Source: Chthonomonas sp. UBA2785 (GTDB lineage: Bacteria > Armatimonadota > Fimbriimonadia > Fimbriimonadales > Fimbriimonadaceae). From it: a stretch of DNA of 64,000 bases. This document shows positions 35,643-44,875 of this stretch, one piece after another. The notes below the pieces were generated by a model. It worked only from the letters and a program-made list of their open reading frames with translations. It was not told where the DNA came from and searched no databases. The translations under genes were made by a program, and so were the position numbers. The first letter of the stretch is position 1. Every line of letters begins with the position of its first letter. The stretch covers positions 178,506 to 242,505 of the forward strand of contig DEIB01000038.1 of the NCBI GenBank assembly GCA_002352215.1. The letters are read 5' to 3'.

Positions 35643-36605
35643 ATGGACATTGTGATGTTGCTGTTGCGCGAGATAAGCGAGGTCTCAAAGCGCACCATCT
35701 TGGCCGAACTCAAGAGCGGCCCACGCAACGTCACCGAGCTTGTGCTCGCCAGTGGCCTGAAGCAGCCAAACGTCAGCAACCACCTCGCCAAGATGCGTGC
35801 CAAGGGAATCATTCGCTCCCACAAGGTGGGCCGGCAAGTGTATTACAGCCTGGCCGGACCGGACGTTGAGACGGCGTTGACCAATCTCCTGAGCCCCCAA
35901 GACGCTGCCGACGAACCGGAGATCATTCTCGACCGGACACTGGTCAAGAAGTTTGCCCGCGCCGCCTGCGCTGCGAATGAAGCCGAATGCACGCAGATTG
36001 TGGACGCCCTTCTCCGCGCCCAAGAGGAGCCCGAGACGATCTACGAGCAACTCTTCGCCGAATCCATGGCGCTGATTGGCGAATGGTGGATGGTCGAAGC
36101 GATTGACGAAGGCCAAGAGCACCTGGCGAGCGCCATTGTCGAGCGCCTCATGGCGCGCGTGTCGCATTTCTCAACGGTGGCCGGGCTGACCAGCAACAAT
36201 ACGGCCCTGGTAGGCTGCTGCGCCGGCAATTGGCACTCCATCGGTGCCCGCATGGTCGCCGATGTGATGCGGATGGCAGGCTGGCGGGTGATGTACTTGG
36301 GCGCGAACGTGCCCACCGAAGCCTTTATCAAGGCCGCCAAGGAGCACGCCCCCGAAATGGTGATGGTGAGCTGCGCCACGGGTGAAACCATGACCGAGTG
36401 CTTGGAACTCATCGAACGCCTGGACGACTGCCGGGGGGCCGAGAAGCAGTTCTCCATCGGCGTCGGCGGCCGGGCCGTGACCGAAAGCCCCCAGCCCTGC
36501 CTGGATGCCGGCGCAGACTTCGTGGCCACCCACCTGCGTGCCATTCGGCACATGGTATTGCCGGAATACGAGCGCGGCGGTGCCTTCCCGAGCGGCGTCT
36601 TCTAA
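35643..36605 (+). CDS. ArsR-family wHTH fused to CarH-like cobalamin-binding module
   Basis: The N-terminal RTILAELKSGPRNVTELVLASGLKQPNVSNHLAKMRAKGIIRSHKVGRQVYYSL is an ArsR/SmtB HTH. The helical bundle carries W-x9-EH (WMVEAIDEGQEH). The Rossmann-like domain carries NWHSIG (DxHxxG type), VSCA (SxL type) and GVGG. Confidence 0.8.
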   Translation: MDIVMLLLREISEVSKRTILAELKSGPRNVTELVLASGLKQPNVSNHLAKMRAKGIIRSHKVGRQVYYSLAGPDVETALTNLLSPQDAADEPEIILDRTLVKKFARAACAANEAECTQIVDALLRAQEEPETIYEQLFAESMALIGEWWMVEAIDEGQEHLASAIVERLMARVSHFSTVAGLTSNNTALVGCCAGNWHSIGARMVADVMRMAGWRVMYLGANVPTEAFIKAAKEHAPEMVMVSCATGETMTECLELIERLDDCRGAEKQFSIGVGGRAVTESPQPCLDAGADFVATHLRAIRHMVLPEYERGGAFPSGVF

Positions 36606-36621
36606 GTCACCGTAAGCACAA

Positions 36622-36676
36622 ACAAAAACGCCCCTCGCGGCCCGGATTCGGGCTCAAGGGGCGTTTTGCCTTTTTG
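36622..36676. terminator. bidirectional rho-independent terminator
   Basis: AAAAACGCCCCT-loop-AGGGGCGTTTTGCCTTTTT, located between the convergent ArsR-B12 gene and rplT. Confidence 0.75.
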
Positions 36677-36692
36677 GAATGGAAGGAAAAAG

Positions 36693-37040
36693 TTAGGCCA
36701 AGGCTTCCTTCACGAGCGCGCGGAACGCGTCCATGTCGGCAATGGCGAGCTCGGACAGCATCTTGCGGTTCACTTGCATGCCCTTTTCGGACATCGCGTG
36801 GATCAAGTCGCTGTACTTGGTGTCGCATTCGTGGCAAGCGGCGCTGATACGCACAATCCACTGCCGCCGAAAATCGCGCTTCTTAGCGCGGCGGTCGCGG
36901 AAGGCGTACTGCCCCGACTTCATTACCTGCTCGTGGGCATTCTTAAAGGCGCCACTCTTGCGCCCGAAGTACCCCGAGGCCTTCTTCAATATCTTGCGGT
37001 GGCGCTTTTGGCGCATGATCCCGCGTTTGACTCGTGCCAT
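36693..37040 (-). CDS. rplT: 50S ribosomal protein L20
   Basis: MARVKRGIMRQKRHRKILKKASGYFG... is canonical L20. Confidence 0.97.
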   Translation of the reverse strand: MARVKRGIMRQKRHRKILKKASGYFGRKSGAFKNAHEQVMKSGQYAFRDRRAKKRDFRRQWIVRISAACHECDTKYSDLIHAMSEKGMQVNRKMLSELAIADMDAFRALVKEALA

Positions 37041-37126
37041 GTTTTGTTGTCTCCTTTAGGTTCCTGCCTTCGCAGGGGTCGAACCAGTTCCCAGCCCTCT
37101 CAGGCGGTAGTGGTAGAGGCTCGGGC

Positions 37127-37327
37127 TCAGAGCCCGAGCAGTCGGCGAACGCGGCGGCGTTCGGTCTTGCTCAGTTCGGCATCTTGGTCCAGTCGTCGCT
37201 TTTGCGCACCGCTCTTGTTAAAGAACATGTGGTTGTTGTACGACTTACGCCGAATGATCTTGCCCGTCCCCGAGATCTTGAACCGCTTCGCTGCTGTCTT
37301 GCTTGTCTTCAGTTTTGCCTTGGGCAT
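37127..37327 (-). CDS. rpmI: 50S ribosomal protein L35
   Basis: MPKAKLKTSKTAAKRFKISGTGKIIRRK... is canonical L35. An AGGAAG Shine-Dalgarno lies 8 nt upstream. Confidence 0.95.
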   Translation of the reverse strand: MPKAKLKTSKTAAKRFKISGTGKIIRRKSYNNHMFFNKSGAQKRRLDQDAELSKTERRRVRRLLGL

Positions 37328-37868
37328 TCTTTTTGCTTCCTATGGCCTTGGGGTTTATCACCACGACCATTTCCATTCCGCTCATCACGGGATCCCGGTC
37401 AGGTTTCCCAATCTCCTCTACGCGCTCAATGAGCTTCATTAAGCGTGCTCGGCCCACTTCGGGGTGAGTTAGCTGCTTCTTGCGGAAGCGGCAAACCACA
37501 CGCACCTTGTGGCCTTCTTCAAGGAACTTGATCGTCGAGCGCACCGCCACCATCAGGTCGTGGTCCGCAATCACCGGGCTTATTTTTATACCCTTGACTT
37601 CTTGCTTCTTAGGCTTGTTGTCCTTTGTCCGCTTGGCGAGCTCGTACTTGTACTTGCCGTAATCCACGATGCGGCACACCGGCGGATCGGCCTGAGCGGC
37701 CACCAAAACGAGGTCAAGCCCTTCGGCCTGTGCTCGATTCACAGCCTCCCGGGTATCCAGGACCCCTAGCTGCGCGCCATCGGACCCGATGACCCGCACC
37801 TCCTTCAAACGAAACAGCCGTTCGTTGATGTCCGGGAGCGGCTCACGCCGGACCGGACGTCGGCCCAT
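37245..37868 (-). CDS. infC: translation initiation factor IF-3 (with C-terminal extension)
   Basis: INERLFRLKEVRVIGSDGAQLGV, DLVLVAAQADPPVCRIVDYGKYKYE and EGHKVRVVCRFRKKQLTHPEVG. The ORF continues about 35 codons past the usual ...NPK end and overlaps rpmI. Confidence 0.92.
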   Translation of the reverse strand: MGRRPVRREPLPDINERLFRLKEVRVIGSDGAQLGVLDTREAVNRAQAEGLDLVLVAAQADPPVCRIVDYGKYKYELAKRTKDNKPKKQEVKGIKISPVIADHDLMVAVRSTIKFLEEGHKVRVVCRFRKKQLTHPEVGRARLMKLIERVEEIGKPDRDPVMSGMEMVVVINPKAIGSKKNAQGKTEDKQDSSEAVQDLGDGQDHSA

Positions 37869-37976
37869 GCGGCCTATGGACGTACCTCACTGCAAGAAAT
37901 GGTATGCGTCATTCGGTTCCATTCTACTATCGGCAACACCAAGAAAGGAAAGGAGGGCGGTAACCTCCCTAGTCAC

Positions 37977-40142
37977 ATGTGGAATCGACGCGCTCATGTC
38001 TGTGTCATCGGAGCGGGAACCATGGGCAGCGGCATCGCCGCCCACATGGCCAATCTCGGGTTTCAGGTCACTGTTCTGGACGCCACCGAAGAGACGGCCC
38101 GCGCCGCTTGGGAACGCGCCACTAAGGCCCGCCCGCCCCACTTTATGGTGCCGGAAACCGCCGAGAACGTGCGCCTGGGCGGCATCTACACCCACCTGCA
38201 CTGGGCGCAGGAAGCCGACTGGGTGTGCGAAGCCGTAGTGGAGAAGCTGGACGTCAAGCGCGCCCTCTTTGAACAGCTGGACCAAGCGCTTGGCGAAACC
38301 ACCATCATCACCACCAACACCAGCGGCCTTGAGATCGAACTTCTGCGAGAAGGGCGCAGCGAGCGCTTCCGCCGCTCGTTCCTCGGCACCCACTTCTTCA
38401 ACCCCCCGCGCTACCTCAAACTGCTGGAACTCATCCCGACCTCCGACACCGACCCCACCGTGGTCGAGCGCATCACTGAGTTTTTGGAGGATCACGCCGC
38501 CCGGCGTGTGGTGCGCGCCAAGGACACCCCCGGATTCATCGCCAACCGTTACGGCATGTGGAGCATGTTCTCCACCATTCAGGTCACGGAACGCCTGGGG
38601 ATGACGATTGAAGAGGCCGACGCCATTTGCGGCCCGTTCCTGGGTCGCCCGCGCAGCGCGGCGTTCCGATTGAACGACCTGGTCGGCCTCGACATCATGA
38701 TGGACATCGCCAACAACCTGCGCGAGCGATGCCCCCACGATGCGATGGCCCAGAGCATGACCGCCCCGCAGTCGCTGGCCGTACTCATGGAAAAGGGCTG
38801 GATCGGCAACAAGGCCGGCCAAGGCTACTACCGCAAAGAAGGCCAAGAATTCCTGAGCTTTGACCTGCAAACCCACGCCTATCGCATGCGCCGCGAGCCC
38901 GAGTTTGGGGCGCTGGATGCCCTCGCCCGCCAGCCGCTGGGTGAGCGCATCGCGGCGGGTCTGGAACTGAAGGATCCCGCCGGCGAGTTCCTGCGCGAAT
39001 ACCTGGTGCCCGCCCTGCGTTATGCAGTCCAGTTGGCCCCGGAAATCAGCTACAGCTATCTCGATTTCGACCGAGTCATGCAATGGGGCTTCGGGTGGGA
39101 GCAAGGCCCGTTCGCGATGATCGACGCCATCGGCCCCGAGCGCCTCGGCATCCCCGAAGGTCCGTTCTACAAAGAGAATACGGTCAAGACATTTGCGGGC
39201 ACCTGGGTGCCGCAGCCGGCCGAACCCAACTACCGAAACATCAGCGACTTCCCCATCCTGCAGACGTTCGACACGCTTTATGTCCGCGACCTGGGCGACG
39301 GCGTGCGCGCGGTCAGCACGCGCACCAAGATGGGCACGGTCAATCCGCAGTTGCTGGACGACCTGAACGCCTACCTGGACGGCCACCCGGACCAGCGGTT
39401 TGTGCTGACCAGCGAAGCCAAAGTGTTTTCCTTCGGGTTTGACCTGGGATTCTTCCGAGATCGAATTGACGCCGAGGACTGGTCGGGTGTTGATGGGGCA
39501 CTGGCGAAGTTCCAGGCCACCTGTCAGCGTCTCAGTCAGCATTCGTGCGTGGGGGCCATTCACGGCTACGGCATTGGGGGCGGGTTAGAACTCGCCCTGG
39601 GTTGTCCGGTCGTCGTGGCTTCTGCCGAAGCGCAGCTCGGCTACCCCGAGTCTAAAGTTGGCCTGATTCCTGGCGGCGCCGGCACGGTGCGAATGCGATT
39701 GCTCAACCAGGAGAATGCCAAGTCACTCGTCGAGGCCGTCAAAGTTGTGGCGAAGGGCGAACTGGCGGCCAATGCGGTGCTGGCCCAGCGCCAAGGCATT
39801 CTGCGGCGTACCGACGTGATTTCGTTCCACCCAGATCGATTGCTTGAAGATGCCAAGCAGGCCGCCCTTACCGTGTCCCCTCGACCCTGGCCCGAATGGG
39901 GCGCCGTAGTTGGCCCGCTCACGGGGATGATGGATCGCGCGTTTGACGAATGGGAGAAGGCCGGAGCCACGCGCCACGATCGTAAGATCGCCGACGCCGC
40001 TGGCCACGTGTTCTCCAAGCCAAATAGCCTTGACGAAGCGCTCGCGCGCGAACGACAGGAGTTCGTCGCCCTGATTCAAGAGGGATTGACCCAAGCCCGT
40101 ATTCGTCACATGCTGGATACCGGCAAGCCCCTCCGAAACTAG
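37977..40142 (+). CDS. bifunctional 3-hydroxyacyl-CoA dehydrogenase / enoyl-CoA hydratase (FadN-like order)
   Basis: Starts MWNRRAHVCVIGAGTMGSGIA (NAD Rossmann) within track ORF 37899..40142. It has HFFNPP and a C-terminal crotonase fold (AIHGYGIGGGLELALGC). Confidence 0.88.
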   Translation: MWNRRAHVCVIGAGTMGSGIAAHMANLGFQVTVLDATEETARAAWERATKARPPHFMVPETAENVRLGGIYTHLHWAQEADWVCEAVVEKLDVKRALFEQLDQALGETTIITTNTSGLEIELLREGRSERFRRSFLGTHFFNPPRYLKLLELIPTSDTDPTVVERITEFLEDHAARRVVRAKDTPGFIANRYGMWSMFSTIQVTERLGMTIEEADAICGPFLGRPRSAAFRLNDLVGLDIMMDIANNLRERCPHDAMAQSMTAPQSLAVLMEKGWIGNKAGQGYYRKEGQEFLSFDLQTHAYRMRREPEFGALDALARQPLGERIAAGLELKDPAGEFLREYLVPALRYAVQLAPEISYSYLDFDRVMQWGFGWEQGPFAMIDAIGPERLGIPEGPFYKENTVKTFAGTWVPQPAEPNYRNISDFPILQTFDTLYVRDLGDGVRAVSTRTKMGTVNPQLLDDLNAYLDGHPDQRFVLTSEAKVFSFGFDLGFFRDRIDAEDWSGVDGALAKFQATCQRLSQHSCVGAIHGYGIGGGLELALGCPVVVASAEAQLGYPESKVGLIPGGAGTVRMRLLNQENAKSLVEAVKVVAKGELAANAVLAQRQGILRRTDVISFHPDRLLEDAKQAALTVSPRPWPEWGAVVGPLTGMMDRAFDEWEKAGATRHDRKIADAAGHVFSKPNSLDEALARERQEFVALIQEGLTQARIRHMLDTGKPLRN

Positions 40143-40144
40143 TC

Positions 40145-40924
40145 ATGGCCATGTTCTCCGAAGTCAAAGCGATCTACTTCGATCTGGACGACACGCTGTG
40201 CGGCTATTGGGATGCCGCCAAGCGCGCATTGGCCGAGACGTGGGAAGTGGTGCCCGTGCCGGGCTTTACGCCGGAACAACTGCACGAAGCCTGGGTGGAA
40301 GAATTCCGGATCTTTGCCGATGCCCTCAAAACCAGCCACTGGTACGAGATCTATCTTTCACAAGGCAGCATCACCCGCACCCAGCTGATGCGCGAAGCCT
40401 TGCTGAGGCTCGAGATTGATGATGCGCACCTTGCGTGGAGGCTTTCGGACGAATACGGGCGCCGTCGCGCCCAGTACCTCAGCCTCTTTGATGACGCCCG
40501 CGCCTTGCTGGATGACCTCAAGCCCCGTTACGTTTTGGGCGTGATTACCAACGGCCCCGCGGATATTCAGCGCGAAGAGCTTCGCGATTTGGGAATCGAG
40601 GGCGTCTTTGACCACTTCTTTATCGAAGGGGAAATGGGAGAAGGCAAACCCGAGCCGCGCGTGATGGCGCGCGCCACCCAGGCCGCGGGATGTGCCCCGC
40701 ACGAGATCCTTATGGTGGGCAATAGCTACCGTCACGACATCATCCCGGCGATGGATGCGGGCTGGCGGACTTGCTGGATTCGCCGCGACAGTGACGTGCC
40801 TCCCACCAGCCGCACGGGCAAAGTGGAATCCTTGCCGGAAGGCGGGCCCGCCCCCGACGCCACGATTGGGCAATTGGACGAGTTGCGCGAATTGTTGGGA
40901 ATCCGTACACAATTGGCCCCGTAA
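40145..40924 (+). CDS. HAD-superfamily hydrolase (subfamily IA-like)
   Basis: AIYFDLDDTL (DxD motif I), GVITNG (motif II) and MVGNSYRHDI (motif IV region). Confidence 0.8.
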   Translation: MAMFSEVKAIYFDLDDTLCGYWDAAKRALAETWEVVPVPGFTPEQLHEAWVEEFRIFADALKTSHWYEIYLSQGSITRTQLMREALLRLEIDDAHLAWRLSDEYGRRRAQYLSLFDDARALLDDLKPRYVLGVITNGPADIQREELRDLGIEGVFDHFFIEGEMGEGKPEPRVMARATQAAGCAPHEILMVGNSYRHDIIPAMDAGWRTCWIRRDSDVPPTSRTGKVESLPEGGPAPDATIGQLDELRELLGIRTQLAP

Positions 40925-41009
40925 TTGCTAGAATAAAGCGATGAAGCCAATTGGCTTCGGACTCATAAAGTGGCTCCGAACTTCCTTCGGAGTGAAATAT
41001 TCCCCCATT

Positions 41010-41040
41010 CCCCGCTTGTATCCGGCGGGGATTTCTTTTT
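41010..41040 (+). terminator. rho-independent terminator after the HAD gene
   Basis: CCCCGC-loop-GCGGGG followed by ATTTCTTTTT. Two further short hairpins precede it in the same convergent spacer: GAAGCC-AATT-GGCTTC at 40943-40958 and CTCCGAA-CTTCC-TTCGGAG at 40974-40992. Confidence 0.6.
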
Positions 41041-41053
41041 GAGACTTGTCGCT

Positions 41054-41569
41054 TTAGCGGCCGTGGTGTTCGAGAATGCCTTCGGCCACAAACACGGGGG
41101 CGCCAGTGCGCACGGCCAAGGCAATCGCGTCACTCGGGCGAGCGTCGAACATCACATCTTCACGCTGGTGGCGCACAAAAACCTTGGCGTAGAACGTGCC
41201 GCTCCACATGTCGTCAATCAGCACCTGGGTGACTTCCCCGCCCAGCCGCTCCACCATGTTGCGCAGCAAATCGTGCGTGAGCGGGCGATCGGGTTGCTCA
41301 TCGTTGAGAGCGAAGCTAATCGCGGCGGCTTCGAACGGGCCAATGAGGATGGGCAGCTTGCGTACGCCGTCGCTGAGCATCACAAAGCGTTGAACGTTTT
41401 CGCTGGTTTTGGCGGCAAAGACGTTCTCCACCTGCACGGCTACAGGTTCGCGGTTGAAGTCCTCGCCGAGCGCTTCTTCCTGACCAGAGAGGTACGGAAA
41501 GAATGCGGACGGAACCTCTTCTTGACCTTCGTTTTGATCATCGGGCTCGTCGAACCGCTCATCCGCCAT
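41054..41569 (-). CDS. bifunctional nuclease family protein (DUF151/BFN)
   Basis: Starts MADERFDEPDD at 41569 within track ORF 41054..41617. LPILIGPFEAAAISFALN...RPLTHDLL and DARPSDAIALAVRTGAPVFV are hallmark BFN motifs. Lies 6 nt downstream of the carB C-half. Confidence 0.8.
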   Translation of the reverse strand: MADERFDEPDDQNEGQEEVPSAFFPYLSGQEEALGEDFNREPVAVQVENVFAAKTSENVQRFVMLSDGVRKLPILIGPFEAAAISFALNDEQPDRPLTHDLLRNMVERLGGEVTQVLIDDMWSGTFYAKVFVRHQREDVMFDARPSDAIALAVRTGAPVFVAEGILEHHGR

Positions 41570-41574
41570 AGGTT

Positions 41575-43236
41575 CTAATTTACCTTCCCTTGAACGTACT
41601 CGGCGATGGACCGGCACTCCGCCGCCATCGGGTCGGCAAAGTGGCCCAACGCCTTCACCAGCGCGCCGGCGGTGTCAATGCTGGTGAGGCACGCGACGCC
41701 CGTTTCGATGCATGCCCGGCGAATGCGGAGCGAGTCGGCGGAATTGGCACCGGGGGTGGGGGTATTGACCATCAGGCTGACTTCACCCGTGTAGATGCGT
41801 TGCAGCAAGTTGGGTTCGCCGTGGGAGACTTTCTCCAGCTTCTCACACGGCACACCAGCGGCGGTGAGGGCATTGAAGGTGCCTTCGGTCGCTCCCAGCG
41901 AGTACCCGCGATCCACCAGTTGCCGCCCTATCGCCACGGCTTCGGGCTTGTCCTCGTCCCGCACGGTGAGAATGACCTGCCCGGCGGCGCGGAACGTCAC
42001 CCCGCTAGCGACCAAAGCCTTGTAGAGCGCCGCTTCGTAAGTTACGTCCAGCCCGAGCACTTCCCCGGTGGATTTCATCTCCGGACCGAGCGCGGGGTCG
42101 ACCAGGCGCAACTTTTGGAAGCTGAAAACCGGGGCCTTGACCGCCCACAGGGGACGTCGGTTGGCCGGGGGGTCTTGGGTTTCGGGGGCGATGAATCCGC
42201 CCGTCTGCGGGGCAAGGTTGCCCGTGTGCGGCCAGGCCGGGGCGTCGGGGTCCAGCACCCACAGGCCGCTGGTGTAGCCCCAATCGGCCAGCTTGCCGCC
42301 CAGCAGGCAGTGGGTGGCCAGTGCCACCATCGGGATGCCGGTCACCTTGCTGATATAGGGCACCGTGCGGCTGGCGCGCGGGTTCACTTCAAGGATATAG
42401 GGCTCGCCATCCACCACCACGAATTGGATGTTCATGAGGCCCTTGATTTCGAGCTTGCGGGCCAGCGCACAGGCGGCGCGGACCATCTTGCCCTGCGTTT
42501 CGGGGCTGAGCCTCGGCGGCGGGTAAGCGGCCATCGAATCGCCACTGTGGACGCCTGCGCGCTCCACGTGCTCCATGATGCCGGGCACCACCGTGTCCAC
42601 GCCGTCACTGATCACGTCCACTTCGGCTTCGGTACCCGTGAAATACTTGTCCACCAGCACCGGCTGGCCGGGGTTGGCGGCTTCGGCTTCGCCGTAAAAC
42701 TGTTCCAGGGCCTCGGGCTCGCTGACGATCTCCATCGCGCGGCCACCGAGTACAAAACTCGGGCGCACCAGCACCGGGTAACCAATCTCTTCGATGACTT
42801 TGCGGGCTTCGGCCAGGGAGCGCACTGCCCGCCCCGGCGGCTTGGGCAAATCGAGCTCCAAGAGGAGACGTTCGAACTGGTCGCGGTCTTCGGCCAGGGC
42901 GATGGCCTTGGCGCTGGTGCCGTAGATCGGGAAGCCCTCCGCTTCCAGGCGCTCGGCCAGGTTGATGGCGGTCTGGCCGCCGAACTGCACCACGATGCCG
43001 TCGACCTTCTCGTGCCGCACGATGCGAGCCACGTCGTCGAAAGTGACCGGCTCAAAGTACAGGCCGTCGCCGGTGTCGAAGTCAGTGCTGACGGTTTCCG
43101 GGTTGTTGTTGATGATCAGGGCGCGGTGGCCCGCTTCGCGCAGCGCCCAAACGCAGTGAACACACGAGTAATCGAACTCAATCCCTTGCCCGATGCGGAT
43201 GGGGCCGGACCCCAAGACCAAAACCGTCTTCGCCAT
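41575..43236 (-). CDS. carB: carbamoyl-phosphate synthase large subunit, C-terminal half (second ATP-grasp + MGS-like allosteric domain)
   Basis: 553 aa. It begins MAKTVLVLGSGPIRIGQGIEFDYSCVH, the start of the second homologous half of CarB. It continues through the ATP-grasp fold (MNIQFVV, ILEVNPRASRT) and the MGS-like tail. Confidence 0.92.
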   Translation of the reverse strand: MAKTVLVLGSGPIRIGQGIEFDYSCVHCVWALREAGHRALIINNNPETVSTDFDTGDGLYFEPVTFDDVARIVRHEKVDGIVVQFGGQTAINLAERLEAEGFPIYGTSAKAIALAEDRDQFERLLLELDLPKPPGRAVRSLAEARKVIEEIGYPVLVRPSFVLGGRAMEIVSEPEALEQFYGEAEAANPGQPVLVDKYFTGTEAEVDVISDGVDTVVPGIMEHVERAGVHSGDSMAAYPPPRLSPETQGKMVRAACALARKLEIKGLMNIQFVVVDGEPYILEVNPRASRTVPYISKVTGIPMVALATHCLLGGKLADWGYTSGLWVLDPDAPAWPHTGNLAPQTGGFIAPETQDPPANRRPLWAVKAPVFSFQKLRLVDPALGPEMKSTGEVLGLDVTYEAALYKALVASGVTFRAAGQVILTVRDEDKPEAVAIGRQLVDRGYSLGATEGTFNALTAAGVPCEKLEKVSHGEPNLLQRIYTGEVSLMVNTPTPGANSADSLRIRRACIETGVACLTSIDTAGALVKALGHFADPMAAECRSIAEYVQGKVN

Positions 43237-43309
43237 GGTTCGCGAACCAGTCTAACGGAAACCATAAGGGGAGACCAACCTTTTGGCAGTCTCCCCTGGT
43301 TGGGTTGAC

Positions 43310-44803
43310 CTACGCCCAGTGGGCGGGCTCGATGGAGAGCGACGCCCGGGCATGAGCCGCTTGCGCCGTTTCGAAGTCCATCTGCTTGTTGCGGTAGGTG
43401 ATGTCGCGGTGGGCCAAGATCTCGCCAAACCACGCCTTGTTGTGCGTCAGCCCTCGGAAGGCTTCTGCCCCCGGCCCGAACGCCGAAACGATGGTGTAGT
43501 CGTTGGTGTGCTGCCGCCCACTCCAAGCCACATGGGTGTGGTTGCTGATGGCCAAGCTGAGGTGGCAGGCCGCAATTTGGTACTGGTAGACCTTGCTGAG
43601 GCTGCCTTCGCCCTTCAAGCCGGCTTGGAAGAGGGCAAGTTCATCGTCATCCATCGCGATGCCCAAGGCCGCTTCCACCGTCTCCTTGATCTTGGCCGGA
43701 TTGTCCTTGGCCAGCACGAGGCCCGGCAGCGTGCGTTCGTAGCTCTTGGTCATGCCGGTCAGGGTCTCCAGGCCGGCGGTGGAGTCGAAGTACTCCGGTC
43801 CGGCGCCAATGATGCCCGGGTTGCTGTTGCCGTGGTCGCTGGTGACGATCACGAGCGTCTCGCCATCGTTCTCGGCGAACTCCAGCGCGGCCTCCAGGGC
43901 CTCTTCGAACGCCATCTGGTCGTAAAGGGCCCCCGCGAGGTCATTTCCGTGCGCCGCATGGTCAATGCGGGCGCCTTCAATCTGGAGGATAAATCCGCCG
44001 GAAGAACCCTTCAGGGCATTGATCGCCACCTCTGTCATTTCCCGCAGACTCGGCAAGTCCTTGAACTCAGCATCGTTCAGGCGGTCCACCTCGTACGGCA
44101 CATGCGATTCGCTGAACAGGCCCAGAATCCGCTCTCCCTTTTGCGCCTTGAGGCTCGCCCGGTCACTCGCGTAGCCATAGCCCGCGGCCTTGAACTCCGC
44201 GATCAGGTCGCGCTTGTCGGTGCGCGCCTCACCCGTAAAGAACCGGCGTCCGCCGCCCATCAGGACATCCACCTTGGCGTCCAGATACTTGGCGGCAATG
44301 CCCTGCTCGTTGTCGCGCTTCATCTCGCTGATTGAGAAGCCCGCCGGGGTCGCGTGAGTGATCGTCGCCGTGCTGACGAGGCCCGTGCGCATGCCGGCTT
44401 CCTTCAGCAGGCTGTAGAGCGGTCGCAGCTCGGTGCCGTCCGGGTAGGTGTTGAGTTGGCCGTTCCACACCAGGCATCCACTGCCCCATGCACTGCTCGC
44501 GGCGGCGCTGTCCGTCACCACACTGCTGAGCGACTTGGTGACCAGAGCCCCGTGCTCCACATCAGCCCGCTCCTGAAGCTTGCCCCAGGTCGAACGCTTG
44601 CCGTGCACGCGGTGCAGGTACTGGTCCAGCATCGCGGGCACCCCGTGGCTCATTCCATCCGAGATGCAAACGATGATGTTCTTGGCGGTGTGGCCCGGGT
44701 GACGACCCGAAGCCCCGAGGCCGAGATTCGGCAACCCAGAGAGAAGCGGAAGGGCGGCACCAAACCGCAAGACATCGCGACGAGAAACGCCGGAACGAGC
44801 CAT
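43310..44803 (-). CDS. alkaline phosphatase (PhoA family), Tat-exported
   Basis: Tat signal SRRDVLRFGAALP, active-site region VVTDSAAASSAWGSG, and metal ligands (IEGARIDHAAHGND, VTSDHGN). Confidence 0.88.
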   Translation of the reverse strand: MARSGVSRRDVLRFGAALPLLSGLPNLGLGASGRHPGHTAKNIIVCISDGMSHGVPAMLDQYLHRVHGKRSTWGKLQERADVEHGALVTKSLSSVVTDSAAASSAWGSGCLVWNGQLNTYPDGTELRPLYSLLKEAGMRTGLVSTATITHATPAGFSISEMKRDNEQGIAAKYLDAKVDVLMGGGRRFFTGEARTDKRDLIAEFKAAGYGYASDRASLKAQKGERILGLFSESHVPYEVDRLNDAEFKDLPSLREMTEVAINALKGSSGGFILQIEGARIDHAAHGNDLAGALYDQMAFEEALEAALEFAENDGETLVIVTSDHGNSNPGIIGAGPEYFDSTAGLETLTGMTKSYERTLPGLVLAKDNPAKIKETVEAALGIAMDDDELALFQAGLKGEGSLSKVYQYQIAACHLSLAISNHTHVAWSGRQHTNDYTIVSAFGPGAEAFRGLTHNKAWFGEILAHRDITYRNKQMDFETAQAAHARASLSIEPAHWA

Positions 44804-44875
44804 GTCTCCATTTTGCTCATTCCGGCGCTCAATTGACAGTCCCTTAAAGGACCGACGTTGTCGCTTCGCTTTTCC

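Noticed and set aside
37041-37126. tRNA-like GGTTCGACC motif in the rpmI-rplT spacer
   Set aside because: Only a T-loop-like heptamer is present. There is no acceptor stem, D-arm or anticodon arm, and the spacer is just 86 nt and includes the rplT Shine-Dalgarno. A small CCTGC-GAA-GCAGG hairpin there is probably just mRNA structure.
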